From Octopus sinensis (Eukaryota): a stretch of DNA of 64,000 nt. The DNA is taken from positions 39,680,001-39,744,000 of the forward strand of contig NC_043013.1 in the NCBI RefSeq assembly GCF_006345805.1. The letters are read 5' to 3'. This document shows, in pieces, positions 24,640 through 37,895 of this stretch (its first letter is position 1; every line of letters begins with the position of its first letter). Under the pieces are notes generated by a model. That model saw nothing but the letters and a program-made list of their open reading frames with translations. It ran no database searches and had not been told where the DNA came from. Both the position numbers and the translations under genes were made by a program.

Positions 24640-24830
24640 GACCTAATCTGAGATCGTGTGCTGGAACGAAAACAATTGCAGCGCGGAAGGTGTTTATAAG
24701 CCATTTAAGAAACACACAAAAACCGTTAGATTCACTTCAACATTTAAATTTAATTTGCCAAAATATTTTCGTCGCTTTGAGACCACGACCTGTTCACTGA
24801 CAAAATTCCGTGCTACATCTTTTAATAACA
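24640..24830 (-). mobile_element. Short repeat family shared with 45285-45500
   Basis: aaaaccgttagattcacttcaacatttaaatttaatttg(c/t)caaaatattttcgtcgctttg...ctgttcactgacaaaatt present in both loci. Confidence 0.85.
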
Positions 24831-25070
24831 ATAAAACCATGTTTAATTTATGTCTTTGTGAATAATAATAAGAAACCAAGAATAAAAAATATAATAATTA
24901 GAATAAGCGTGTAAATCACACAAGTTTGGCAGCCACGAGTTTTGCAACGTAAACAAATTAAGATCTAACCTAAGGTAATTGCCCTTTGGAGTTGTAGACC
25001 ACACGCCAAAGTAGCACGTTACTTTGTTATCATAGAAATCTAAGAAGGCGTTATAATGGTGTCTACTCAC

Positions 25071-25281
25071 CTGACGAAGGGGTCGCATCCGTTTGAACTA
25101 CTCATTGTACGGCTGGGTAAGTTTTTCGCTTTTATTAGTGTGACGAGCAGTTTTTCCGTTTCCCGTTCGTACTCCACCGTAAACCACAATCGACCGATAT
25201 GGTCGTCAGACATGTCGTAATCTTCATCTTCATCAACAATTTTATAAAGACTTGGGTCTATAGCCCCAAGTTCATAGGCAC
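25071..25281 (-). CDS. SYT15: Internal coding exon of a synaptotagmin-15-like protein (spacer end plus start of C2A)
   Basis: Acceptor ctctctttctcttttcctag, donor gtgagt, 211 bp, phase 1 to phase 2, open frame: GAYELGAIDPSLYKIVDEDEDYDMSDDHIGRLWFTVEYERETEKLLVTLIKAKNLPSRTMSSSNGCDPFV(R). Resembles human SYT15 GAINPELYK...[23 protein letters not shown] (recalled, not searched). Missed by the ORF track. Confidence 0.87.
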
Positions 25282-25754
25282 CTAGGAAAAGAGAAAGAGA
25301 GAAAAATGTTACTCAATGTATATTTGGGTGAGAAAAGGCGTCGAGCTGGCAGAATTGTTACGGCGCTGGAACTGGAAGAAATGCTTGGCAGCATATATAC
25401 TCGTATGCTGAGAGTCTGGCAACGGACCGCCAGCGATACAGAGCACTGGAGGACCTGGTCGGCTCTACGTATGATAACTTCTCTGGGCTCACTAACATGG
25501 GGTGGCCTCAACTTCATCAAGCGACAGCATAAAGAAAACAAGCAAGCCAGACTCCATACTAAAATATAATTCGATTTTTAGCAAATTTCTTTTTTTTAAT
25601 TAATTAATTAAAAATAATGGAATGAATACTCAGGCCATCTATTTATCTATCTATCTCTGTTTTACTCCCCCCTCTCTCTATGAGTGGAGAAATTAAGCAA
25701 CCAGACAATCAACCAATCAACCAACCAACCAACATCGGCTGTTATTGTATTGGT

Positions 25755-25900
25755 GAAGGTGCTTGGACTAGTGGTTAGGCGTGTTGCACTCACGTTCGCC
25801 AGATTGTAGGTTCGATTCACGGACCGGGTAGAGCAATATGTTCTTGAGCACAGCACTTCATTTCATGTTTCCTTACTCCACTCAGCTGTAAATGGGTCAG
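25755..25900 (+). mobile_element. SINE family C (tRNA-derived)
   Basis: A-box tggactagtgg, B-box ggttcgattc, then tgttcttgagcacagcacttcatttca; related copies at ~11585 and 59653. Confidence 0.75.
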
Positions 25901-25949
25901 CCCACTACGAAATAGCCTTCCGATGAAGGGTAATATTGGCCTGCTCGAA

Positions 25950-26181
25950 GGGCGGCGGGCTAGCAGAAACGTTAGCACGCTGGGCGAAATGCTTAGCAGT
26001 ATTTCGTCTGTCTTTACGTTCTGAGTTAAAATTCCGTCGACATCCACTTTACCTTTCATCCTTTGGGGGTCGATAAATTAAGTACCAGTTACGCACTGGG
26101 GTCGATGTAATCGACTTAATCCCTTTGTCTGTCCTTCATGTCCCCTCTATGTTTAGCCCCACTGTGAGCAATAACGAAATA
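25950..26181 (+). mobile_element. SINE family A
   Basis: Full-length match to 18704-18939. Confidence 0.9.
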
Positions 26182-26189
26182 AATATTGG

Positions 26190-26320
26190 ACTGTTCGCCT
26201 AGCCAGCAGGGTGGCATCATTCAACAACGAAAATAACGCAAAGCGCTATGTGACCAGCGATATATAACAATACCCAATAATCTGGTATATCACGTGATCA
26301 CATGTTAGATTATTTAATTA
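26190..26320 (+). mobile_element. Short repeat family D (also 60900-61022)
   Basis: Shared gc(c/t)tagccagc...gtggc(a/g)tca...gc(g/a)aagcgc...tgtgaccagcgat...tcacg(g)tgat. Confidence 0.7.
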
Positions 26321-26420
26321 AGACGGTCGTAACAAAATCTTTACTCAATCAAGAATTCTACCAAAGATTCAGACACAGTCTCTTTCTTTTTTCCTGTTCT
26401 TTAGACTTTATATTTAATTT

Positions 26421-26636
26421 TTTTCAGTCATTAAACCGCGGCCAAGCTGGGGCACCGACCTAAAGAAATTTTTGTTAAACGAATCAACCCCATTATTTTT
26501 TTCTTCTTAAGCCTAGTACTTATTCTATCGGTGTCTTTTGCCGAACTGCTAGGTTACGGGGACATAAACACTCTAACACTGGTCTCCAAGCGGTGGTGGG
26601 GCACAAAGAGAGATACAGATACACACACACACACTC

Positions 26637-26671
<35 letters not shown>

Positions 26672-27492
26672 CACACACATACTCATGCATATATCTATCT
26701 ATATATATATATATATATATATATCCGATTCTGGCAGAATCGTTAGCACGCCGAAAAAAAGCTTAGCAGCATTTCGTCTGTCTTTACTTTCTGAGTTCAA
26801 ATTCTGCCGAAGTAGATTTTGTCTTTTGTCCTTTGGGTTTCGATAAAATAACTACTAGTCAAGCTCTGGGGTCAATGTATTTCGGCTTATCACTTCCCCA
26901 CAAAAATTTCACATTGTGTGTCTCTAGTGAGAACTAAAAGGCGGTGAGTTTTCAGAATCGTTAAAATGTCAAAAAATGGTTCACAGTATTTATTCAAGCT
27001 CCTTACGTTCTAATTTCATATCTCAAGTCAACGTTGACTTTCATCGTTTCGGGGTCGGTAAAAGAAAGTACCAGTCAAGTACTGGAGTTCCTCTTTACTT
27101 TTTACTCGTTTACTTGTTTCAGTCATTTGACTGTGGCCATGCTGGAGCACCGCCTTTAGTCGAGCAAATCGACCCCAGGATTTATTCTTTGTAAACCTAG
27201 TACTTATTCTATCGGTCTCTTTTACCGAACCGCGAAATTACGGGGACGTAAACACACCAGCATAGGTTGTCAAGCGATGTTCCTGGTACAAGAAACACAT
27301 ACACACACGCATACATATATATATATACATATATAAAACGGGCTTCTTTCAGTTTCCGTCCACCAAATCCACTCACAAAGCTTTGGTCGACCCGAAGCTA
27401 CAGTAGAAGACACTTGCCGAAGGTGCCACGCAGTGAGACTGAAACTGGAACCATGTGTTTTGTAAGCAAGCTATTTACCACACAGCCAATCC
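26421..27492. mobile_element. Cluster: SINE B 3' half (-, 26421-26620), two degenerate SINE A (+, 26727-26900 and 26938-27090), full SINE B (-, 27101-27492)
   Basis: Homology to the full-length copies in this window. Confidence 0.85.
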
Positions 27493-27926
27493 TACGCCTA
27501 TGCACAGCCACTCCTATGCCTATTCAGTTGATTACATCCTCTGATCTTTGATTAGGCAATTAACACATTCATCGTCGAAATTAACGGAGATCCTTATATT
27601 TATGTATTACGATGTTCTGCAGTGAACAACAACGTTTAAACAGAAGACAAGAATCATCAACATTTGTGTAATTGCAGCCATTTTGCCCTCAGCGGTGTCA
27701 CATTAGCTTACCTGGTTTGTTACTTAATAATCTTCTTGGGTTTTGTTATATATCTCTTCAAAAATATTTTGCATACCGTCATTTGAAATTTATTTCTGTA
27801 TCAATGAGTTGCCAAGGTTATAAATCTAGTTCTGTATCTGATGGTTATGTTACTCTTACATTTAACTGTTATTATCAGCCGTGTCAAGTTTAACTTCTTT
27901 GTATTGTGTAATTATTTTCTTGAGAG

Positions 27927-28310
27927 AGGTGGCTGTGTGGTAAGTAGATTTCTTACCAACCACATGGTTCCGAGTCCAGTCCCACTGCTAGGCACCTTGG
28001 GCAAGTGTCTTCTACTATAGCCTCGGACCGACCAAAGCCTTGTGAGTGGATTTGGTAGACGGAAACTGAGAGAAGCTCGTTGTGTATATGTGTGTGTATG
28101 TGTGCGTGTGTGTGTGTGTGTGTGTTTGTGTGTGCGTCCACCCCAACATCGCTTGACAGCTGATGGTGGTGTGTTTACGTCCCCGTAACTTAGCGGTTCG
28201 GCAAAAGAGAGCGATAGAATAAGTACTAGGCTTACAAAGAATAAGTCCTGATCGACTAAAGGCGGTGTTCCAGCATGACCGCAGTCAAAATGACTGAAAC
28301 AAAGAAAAGA
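27927..28310 (+). mobile_element. SINE family B, full length
   Basis: tRNA-like head (tggctgtgtgg ... ggttccgagtcc), ccttgggcaagt core-like motif, internal (TG)n, tail tgactgaaacaaagaaaaga. Confidence 0.92.
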
Positions 28311-28926
28311 ATAATAATGAATACCTGTTTTCAAGAAACCACGCATCATCAGTGTTTTCCGTTGTGTTATTTTATATTTTTAATTCTTAAGTCATATTCA
28401 TAGCCCTTTTGAAGACCCTTTTCAAAGACTAGTGGCAGGCAGAGGGGTATCCCCCAATCGGAACATTGAAAACTTGCGCTTTGGTACTTGGAAAAGAATG
28501 TGCTCCGCTAAAACCACCCAAGGACCAGGCGTTAGCATTAAACCTCGTGATGCATGAAGTTTATCATCAAAGTCGACACTATGCAAGGCACCCAGTAACC
28601 AGGCCGGATGTTTGATTAAATACATCAAGAGATTGGACACCGTTTAAGTCACAGCAGGGCCAGTTGGTAGTGCTATAACGGGTGATACATTAAGTCCACT
28701 CTCCAAATAGGCTACGTCGGGATTTGAACTCAAAATGCAAATAATCGAAACAAATACCTCGATGCATCCTCTCCAACGCTCTGAAGACTTCACATACTTT
28801 CCGCTTAAACGGATATCTATGGGTTTCTCCCTTCCGCTGAGCACAACAAATCAATCAGGAGAACGCTGCGTCTGGAGTGAGAACTCGTTACTCCTATCTG
28901 TAATTTTACCTGCATTTAAATTCGAA

Positions 28927-28993
28927 GCCTCGAGCCGACCAAAGCCTTGTGAGTGGATTTGGTAGAAGGAAACTAAAAGAAGCCCGTCGTATA

Positions 28994-29045
<52 letters not shown>

Positions 29046-29300
29046 TGGTGTGTGTGTGTGGTGTGTATGTATGTGTGTGTATATGTTTGTGTGTCTGTAT
29101 TTGTGTCCCCCCAACATCGCTTGACAACCAATGCTGGTGTGTTTATGCCCCCGTAACTTAGCGGTTCGGCAAAAGAAACCGATAGAATAAGTACTAGGCT
29201 TACAAAAAATAAGTCCTGGGGTCGATATGCTCGACTAAAGGCGGTGCTTCAGCATGGCCACATTCAAATGACTGAAACAAGGAAACGAATAAAAGAGTAA
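28927..29300 (+). mobile_element. SINE family B, 5'-truncated
   Basis: Homology to 27927-28310. Confidence 0.9.
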
Positions 29301-29606
29301 AGAAAATGAGGAATCCTCTAAAAGCCGCTAAAGCAACCAAAATGAAAAGAATAATGGCTTAAGCATATAAAATTTAAGTATTAAAGACTTATTATTCTGA
29401 ACATAGATGTGTCCCATATATTCTTATACACATATAATTAACGCCTGATACTGACAAACATTCTCACAATGTTCTGTACAATCACTTGATTGTTAGAGCT
29501 TGCAGCTAAAATTTCTTCTAAACATGCCCTTCAAAAAAGAAGACCACATTCCCTAAAGAAACAAAGATATAATAGAATGTGTAATCCTATATATATTATG
29601 CCTTTA

Positions 29607-29693
<87 letters not shown>

Positions 29694-31498
29694 TCTGCTC
29701 TGATATGATTATTAATATTTACATGGTCTCAGTGGTAAAGCCTCTTGGTGGTAGCTCTTCTTACTCGGGGCCACCTTCGTGTTTTAAAGAAGCCCGTGCT
29801 AACAACTGTAAGGATAGTAAATTGTCTTTGAATCACACTAAAAATACACTTCAACGCTGTAAAAAGGTAAGGATATGGGCATAGTGGACAATGCCCTACG
29901 ATAAAAAAACCATGGGATGGTTCGCCTGGTCAATGAGGTTTGATCTGGGGCAAAGCAAAATCCTTAAGTCCACTTTGTTACTATGTTACTAGCTTTGAGC
30001 TTTGCGAACAAAAAAGGGAGCCTCTGTACCGACGCTCGATCTACTAGAAATAACAGTAAAATATCTTACAAATCCCACCGTCTTATACGAGTACATTGGA
30101 CAATGTTTAATGGATGAAAAAACGCCTTCAGACAGAGTTCTTTTGGATCAAGGCTGACCTGGGTCTAAACAACAACTTAGACCAATTGTTCGATATGATT
30201 ATTTTTGTATGTGTTGACACACACAATAATTCCTTCTCGGGAATTTAGACAAAGACACTTCTGATACACAATATTAATGTATGACAACAACCATCGTGAT
30301 CATGTGAAAATGAGGTCATCGAAATTTAAACCATTAACAGTCAGCTCGTCTCAGTCCATATCCATTTACTATATACCAACTGCATGAAACGAAATTTTTT
30401 ACCTCAATAAACATGTATCAGATACTAAAGGTTTTATTGAAGGCTTTCAAGTGTACATGCCACGAAAACAAAAAGCAAAATCTAAATATAATTGTATGAG
30501 TAAGTCATAGTTTTATTTATACTTTTCTCAATGTTCAGAGTGGCTTAAATAATCCGGTTCATTTTTTGCTTTTATTTATCAAGCATGGTGTAAATAAAGT
30601 CGTAAGGTGGCATATAGTTCTGCAATGGTCAAGGTTATACTGTACATTATCATTCACGTCTATAGGAAATTGTATCTTGTTTAACTATTAATGCTTATCA
30701 AAATTTCTTTTGGCTTTGGGTTCTGCGTTCAAATAAGTTTTATTCTATTGGGGGTTGATAAAATAAGTATCAATCAAACACTGGAGTCAGTATAATCAAC
30801 TTGATCGCTACCCCAACCGCTATGAATGCTCCTGTTGAGCAAACATTCGAAACAAAGGTATGCGGTGACAGAAACTTTAACCTGCCAAACTATACGCATA
30901 CCGATTATTCTGATGGCTCTGTATATATAGTTAGTTTTAATGTCACCAAGGTGGACTTTGCCTTTAATTGTTTCGGCGTCGATAAAATAAGTAACATTTG
31001 AGCACTGAGGTCGATACGACTGACTTATCCCTTCAACTAAAATTGCTGTTGTTGAGCCAAAATTTAAGATCTTTGAGGCAGCGAGTTGGCAGAATCGGGA
31101 GCGAGTCGGACAAAACAACTAGCAACGTTTCTTTTGGCTTCTTGTATTTTCGGATTAAACGTCACCGAAATAACCTTCGTCTTTCATTTGTTCGGGGCCG
31201 ATAGAACAAAGTATTGACCAAGTCCTAGGGTCGATCTATTCGACTAAACCCTTACCCATGAAATGGCGAGGGAAACACTGATGGGGAAATAGCCAACAGT
31301 TATACCCAAGATGTCTCCGAGCAGTAGTTGAGTTATATCTCCACTAACGAGAGCAGGAAGTAAAAACCTCACTTTTAAAGTTTAAGCAGGCACCTTGTAT
31401 CCTCCACTTGATGATGTAACGTGTGTTGTTTTCCTTCGCTATCCATACAGATTTCGCGAGAGGCATTGCGTTAATCTTAGATAACATACGAAGACTGA

Positions 31499-31548
31499 TG
31501 GAACCTGGTGGTGGAACCTGGTGGTGGAACCTGGTGGTGGAACCTGGT
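31499..31548. repeat. 13-bp tandem repeat, ~4 units (gaacctggtggtg)
   Basis: Units at 31501, 31514, 31527 and 31540. Confidence 0.95.
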
Positions 31549-31589
31549 CTTCACATGACCGTCCGTCATGTTCAGATTGTATGTCAGTA

Positions 31590-32095
31590 TGCTCGTCGCC
31601 TAACTGGAATACTTCGATACCCCATCCGCCTCATACATAACAGCTTTTGTATCGCACTAACAGTTTACCGTTGTGGACTTGATCAACCTGCTTTTGTTCT
31701 ACCTTTGGGCTTATTTATTAATATATTTCTGTGAGGTGCGCAGTTATAAGAAACCCTCGATGCACGACTGTTAAAAATTTTCTGTATCAGTGGGTTTTGA
31801 GGGAAATGCTTATCGATTAAACTAAAGAATATCCTAACTACGCAGCCTTTTGCATTGAAAGGAAACGAAGTGAGAACCACAGAAACATACAATGGCGTTT
31901 CCTCTTGTCAGAGTCAGGGTTGAGCATATCTCATCCTATCCTTGAAATGACTGACGGCCAGGTTATGATGTTTTTCGGAACAGCGACGGTAAAGATTTTA
32001 TTCAGAGATCGAAAGGAGGTTCTTCCGTTAATTGCATGCTCGAATATTAAGGCTAGATGAGGAAGTGTATTGATATATAGCAGCTTCTCATTTGA
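31590..32095 (-). mobile_element. Penelope-like element fragment (RT C-terminus and linker)
   Basis: Minus strand: NEKLLYINT...KRKRH..LWF..; FFSLIDKHFPQNPLIQKIFNSRASRVSYNCAP matches the PLE LIDKHFP..KIFNR..VSYSC motif. Confidence 0.8.
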
Positions 32096-32168
32096 TAGGT
32101 AGGAACTTCCTTACTTTAGTCGATTCCCATACACACACACGCACACACACACACCCACACACAAACAC

Positions 32169-32225
<57 letters not shown>

Positions 32226-32244
32226 CATCTGGTTAAGAGATAGC

Positions 32245-32285
<41 letters not shown>

Positions 32286-32308
32286 CTAGATAGATAGATA
32301 GATAGATC

Positions 32309-32356
<48 letters not shown>

Positions 32357-32393
32357 TAGATCGATCGATCGATAGATAGATAGATAGATAAAT

Positions 32394-32443
<50 letters not shown>

Positions 32444-33149
32444 GATAGATAATAGATAGATAGATAGATATAGATAGATAGATAGATATTCACCTGCTCT
32501 GATATGATTATTAATATTTACTGCTAACTACAATTGCCTAATGCCCCACGAATGCTTGATGTAACGTACACTCAAACTGATGATGACGTATTCAGCATTT
32601 AGCATCTCTTGACATTTACAAAGCTGTTCTTACTTTGTTATGTTTGGTATTCAACCGCTTGTCTTATGTAGCACCAGCCATTTTTATTTGCTGTTGTGCT
32701 GCGATCGTTAATATTTGCTCTTCTGCTTCTGTTTTCAATTTTCGTAGAGATGCTAGAAAAGTGAACTTGATGTTACAGCATATATTTAGGACTGGAGCAA
32801 AACGTGTTCAATGGCGATAGCAACGTATTGAAAGCAACAGACGTTACAAATTCTGTTGGCATAAAGCTTGTGCAAAAATTTACAGGGATGTAAAATATGA
32901 CACTTCTTTCGTACAATACTGGCTTTAAAATGGTTGCTGACTTGGGCTAAGAGAAAATAATATGAATATCTACATATACTAACTGTCTATATATATATGT
33001 ACATATGTGTGCATGTATGCGTGTGTATGTGTGTGCGTGGGTGTGCATGTGTTGTATTTATATGCATGCATATGCATTTATATGATGATAAATATATATA
33101 TTATATATATACACGTGTGTGTGAATACATTCTCATATATATGTGTATG

Positions 33150-33200
<51 letters not shown>

Positions 33201-33251
33201 GTGTGTATTTCTGTATGTCTCTCTGTTTTTTATTTGTAACCATCTCACATC

Positions 33252-33298
33252 GTCTCTAGGAAGGGAAATCCATAATATCCCAGAAACAGATGTAAGAC
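33252..33298 (+). ncRNA. Degenerate minimal hammerhead
   Basis: GTCT CTAGGAA GGGA aatccataata TCCC a GAAA CAGATG TA AGAC; core lacks one G and the ACAGCTGT palindrome has one change; tail ends in (TA)n at ~33355. Confidence 0.45.
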
Positions 33299-33390
33299 TA
33301 TATCTATATCTTTTTCCTTATAAATGTCTTGAAAACTCCTCGCACTTTGTCTTATATAATATATATAATATATATATATTATATATATAT

Positions 33391-33421
<31 letters not shown>

Positions 33422-33959
33422 ATATATATATAGATATATATATATATATATGTGGAAAAAGTCAAGGTAAAAAATGCTAGAATAATCTATAAACATTTCA
33501 GTACTGGTTTCAGTCACAACGGCCTCGAACCCACAAGAGTAAACAAGAGAGACAGAGACAGGCAGAAACAAGAAAAGTGACCCTTGTACTATGCAGATAT
33601 TCTTTTAAAAAATTTTCTTTTAATTTTTCCCAAATTTAATTGTTTTCCATACTTATAGTTGAAAATGTCTCAATGACTGAAATTTTGAGAAATAAAAGAA
33701 GTATAAAAAACCCGCATTATTTATGGGATGACCAAATATATATGTATATATACACACACACTTAAGTATGGAAGTGTAAAAACTAATATACATTCTGAAC
33801 ACTACGTATTTATGTTTTGTACACATCTTACGATATGCATTCAAGAAGCATTGAGAATTTTAGGAGAGGCAGTTATAACTGTCCTAGATTATTGTAATTT
33901 TAGCATACCATCACTATATATCTAATAAACCGGTCCGCCATCTTTTGTTATTTTAGGTT

Positions 33960-34683
33960 GAAGAAGACGGCTGTAGGAGCTCTTTCAACACCCCATACTG
34001 AACACGTCTTGTCACAGCTGATTAATTTTCTGAATGCTGTCGCGGAGTTTGGAAGCTCGCCGCCCAATTAAGTTTTGTGCAAAACTGGGTAAAAATGCTA
34101 CAGAAACGTACGAAATGCTCCAAACCTCTTAAAGGATTAACTTTTCTGCTGGTAGAGAGGAAGTGAGAGACAATGAAGAATGTGAGAGGAACTTCAAAAA
34201 CATCAGGACATTAGAACTGCAATTTTCTGGATGGAAACCGTTGCCTGACTTTAAAGACAAACATGTAATTTGGAGTTGCTATGGAAGCTGTAAACAGAAT
34301 TTTTCAGGAAGAATATATGAGCAGGCACAACATTCGAGCAAGGTTTGTTCCCATGGTGATCAGTGAACAGGATTCTGGTGAGCATCTACTTGACAGAGAT
34401 GGATAACAAAACTAAACGTCAAACTCCCTACATTCTGGGTCTTGCTCCCTGCTAAAAGACAACCTCGGAGGAAGTAGTTTTGAAGATGAAGGAGGTTATA
34501 ACAAGAGTCCTTGACACTTTCCCTTTGCAGGAGTTCCATGAGGGCCTTCATGAAGTGGCTGAAGGGCTACAATTTATTGAAGTCCAAGGATCCTACATTG
34601 AAGGATATTATAGCTTTGTACTTCTTTGAAATTAACAACTGTCTCTCCTGATAAAGTTTAAAAACTTCTGGAATGAACTTTTA
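33960..34683 (+). pseudogene. Heavily deleted mariner (irritans-like) transposase remnant
   Basis: IKFCAKLGKNATETYEMLQT near 34070; YSPDLAP-like and GSYIEG C-terminal remnants at 34420-34610. Confidence 0.75.
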
Positions 34684-34845
34684 TATACTTATGTATATAC
34701 ATGAAATACAAAATGTGTATATATGTATACATATAAAAGGGTTCAACTTGCTTATAGTACAAATGATATAGAAAATTAAACGGGTGAAGTAAAGGAATTA
34801 CAAATTCAACAGCTGTCCCAGTGAGCTTGGCTGTCTATTATAGTC

Positions 34846-36315
34846 CTTTCTACTATAGCCACAAGGCCTGAAATTTTAGGGGAGGGGGATATTCGATTAC
34901 ATCGACCCCAGTACTCAACTGGTACTTAATTTATCGACCCCGAAAGAATGAAAGGCAAAGTTGACCTCGGCGGAATTCTAACTCAGAACGTAGTGACGGG
35001 CGAAATACCGCTAAACATTTCGCCCAGCGTGCTAACTATTCAGCCAGCTCGCCGCCACTCGGTGGTCCATCAAAGTGTTTGTGAATAGATTTAATCATAG
35101 GATGAGACGAACCTCCGTCTTCAGGGAAGAGATCTTGCATTTGAGATGTTAAAGGAGGGAAGTTCATAGATTGGATTTGTAATTCCTTTATTTCACACCT
35201 TTAATTCGCAATATCATTTGTACTCTGTGTAAGATGGATCCTTTTATATATATATATATATAGATATATATATATATATATAGATATATATATATATATA
35301 TATATTGTATTTCATGTATCTAATATACTTTACTTATGTATATACGTATACCCGCATACATGTATATCTATACTTATGTATATGAGTACTTATATAAATA
35401 TTTATACTTATATATATCTTATACATTTATGTATATACGTATGCATACTTATACATCCTACATACTTATGTATATAAATATTTATTGACAACCTGAGTGG
35501 CCTATTGTACACTAATAACCAGGTTATCTTTTACAGTTGAGTGGTGCAAAAGAACAACCTGATACATAAAAGGCAGAGTAATATAGATAAACCAACCGCG
35601 ACTTTGAAGGCAGCTGCCTGCTAATACCACCCTGTATACTCTGCTTATGAGAGATGATGACCAAAACATTATATAATGTAAACCGTGGAAAGGTTAATCC
35701 TCAAGATACTAATGTTGGTTTCAAATTTCGGCACAAGGCCAGCAAATATCTCAAGAGATATTTTTATCGACCCCAGAAGGGATGAAAGACAAATCGACGT
35801 CGGCAGAATTTGAACTCAGAACGTAAGGACGGACAAAATGCCGCTAAGCATTTTGCTAATAATTCTTATTTCTTTATTGCCCATAAGGGGCTAAACATAG
35901 ATGGGACAAACAAGGACAGACCAAGGGCGTAACTGGAACTTAATTTATCGACCCCTAAAGGATGAAAGGCAAAGTTGACCTTGGCGTAATTTGAACTCAG
36001 AACGTAACGCCAGACGAAATACCGCAAAACATTTCACCTGGCGTACTAACGATTCTGCCTGTTCGCCGTCTTGCTAATAATTCTATCAGCTCGCCGCCTT
36101 TCTTAGGTTGCTAATATCAGAAGTGAACTTGCGGCGTCGGCGGGCTAGCAGAATCGTTAGCAACAAGGGGGAAATGCATAGCGGTATTTCGCGCGTCTTT
36201 ACGTTTGGTGTTCAAACGCCACCAAGGCCGACTGTTCTTTTCATCCCTTTCGGGGTCGATAGCATAAGTACCAAATTAGCGCTAGGGTTGATGATATAAG
36301 TACCAGCTGAGCACT
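34846..36315. mobile_element. SINE A cluster: 34846-35056 (-), 35716-36100 (-, split), nested 35867-36070 (-), 36136-36315 (+)
   Basis: Homology to 18704; nested copy bounded by TSD ttgctaataattct (35853-66 and 36071-84). Confidence 0.88.
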
Positions 36316-36324
36316 GATTTTGAT

Positions 36325-36475
36325 TCAGGGATTGCAATTCCTCCTGGACCAGTGTATCCAGTTTTCATTCAGCTTCCTGTGTAGATAGCGCAGGGCTTGG
36401 AATTTTCTAGCATTAAACTGCATATTATTTTTCTCAGCCCATTTGTTGCATATGCGCAACATCTCCAGGGTTCTT
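36325..36475 (-). mobile_element. CR1/L2-type LINE RT C-terminal fragment
   Basis: LEMLRICNKWAEKNNMQFNARKFQALRY matches the W...N.M.FN..K motif. Confidence 0.75.
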
Positions 36476-36707
36476 ATGTATGTATATATATATATAATGT
36501 GTATGTTTAATTGAGAGAGGAAGGGGAGAGGGAAGGAATTTGCACATTTGAATATATGTATAAATATGCATATATACACAACAAGCATAAAAGACCACAT
36601 ACACACTCATATATTGATAATAGAGCTATATATATGTCTTCAAATGCATTTCAGCGTGCGCGTGCACACGTACGATTGTGTATATATGTGTTTGCACATT
36701 TGTTCAT

Positions 36708-36790
<83 letters not shown>

Positions 36791-37615
36791 TTGTTATTGA
36801 TATATTATAACATATATATTGCTGTAATACAAACAAAAAGTCCAAATGCCTAAAGCAGACGACACGTTAAATTGTAATTTCGTTTCTTAGATACCCATCT
36901 TTGAATAAATCAGTCGTTATGTCGTCAGTTAAATCTATTCAAAGGAACAAAACAAGAAAATGAATAAACTGTAACAATAAAACAAAACACACGCTAAAGA
37001 AAATAAATATTAGTTAAAGTAAAGCAGATGTAATTTATAAACCGTTCTGATGGCAACGCTACAGCGATTACGCAGTGAAACGGCCATTATGCAAGCAAGA
37101 CGTACTACTGTGAACAAAAAGGTGGTTGCGCAGTGGTTAGAAAAGAACAAAAATAATAAACACAAAATAAAATTACTGTATCAACATATGTTTAGGAATG
37201 GTCTATTTTACATAATAATGCCAGACATTTCCTACGACATAATATAGAAATATATCAGTCAGTGTGATATTGTTTTTCGCTACACCCATGGCGGTAATTA
37301 AAGTCTTATAAATGACGTCGTAAATTTGACATCTATGGTCGTTGTTGTTGTTGTTGTTGTCTGTGGTGGTGGTGGTGGTGGTGGTGGTGGTGGTGGTGTT
37401 GGTGGTGGATTTAGTGTTCTGTTTGTGTGTGTGTTTTACTTTTTAATTCTGCCCACTGCGTTTATTTTATCGGATTATTATCATTATTATTACTGTTGCT
37501 GTTGTTGTTGTTTTATAATAATAATGCACTCTGAATCCATTCGAGAAATTATCATTGCTCAGTAATTTTGTGTTTCCTGCTAGCTTGTGATATTCTGTTC
37601 TTTTGTTTGTTTATT

Positions 37616-37656
<41 letters not shown>

Positions 37657-37672
37657 ATCATCATCATCATCA

Positions 37673-37705
<33 letters not shown>

Positions 37706-37819
37706 TATTATTATTATTATTATTATCATAATTATTATTATTATCATAGATAAGCTGAATTTGCTATCGTCTTAAACTCTACCCCGAAATTGCTAATCTT
37801 GTGCCAAAGATTATTATTA

Positions 37820-37894
<75 letters not shown>

Positions 37895-37895
<1 letters not shown>

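Noticed and set aside
25071-25095. CTGACGAAGGGG hammerhead-like core on the plus strand
   Set aside because: No GAAA or helix III follows; it is the antisense of the SYT15-like exon end.
31499-31548. 13-bp direct repeats as a CRISPR-like array
   Set aside because: Head-to-tail with no spacers; eukaryotic context.
32590-32820. Hydrophobic plus-strand ORF (SYVAPAIFICCC...)
   Set aside because: Vaguely GPCR-like but short, with no diagnostic motif or convincing splice donor.
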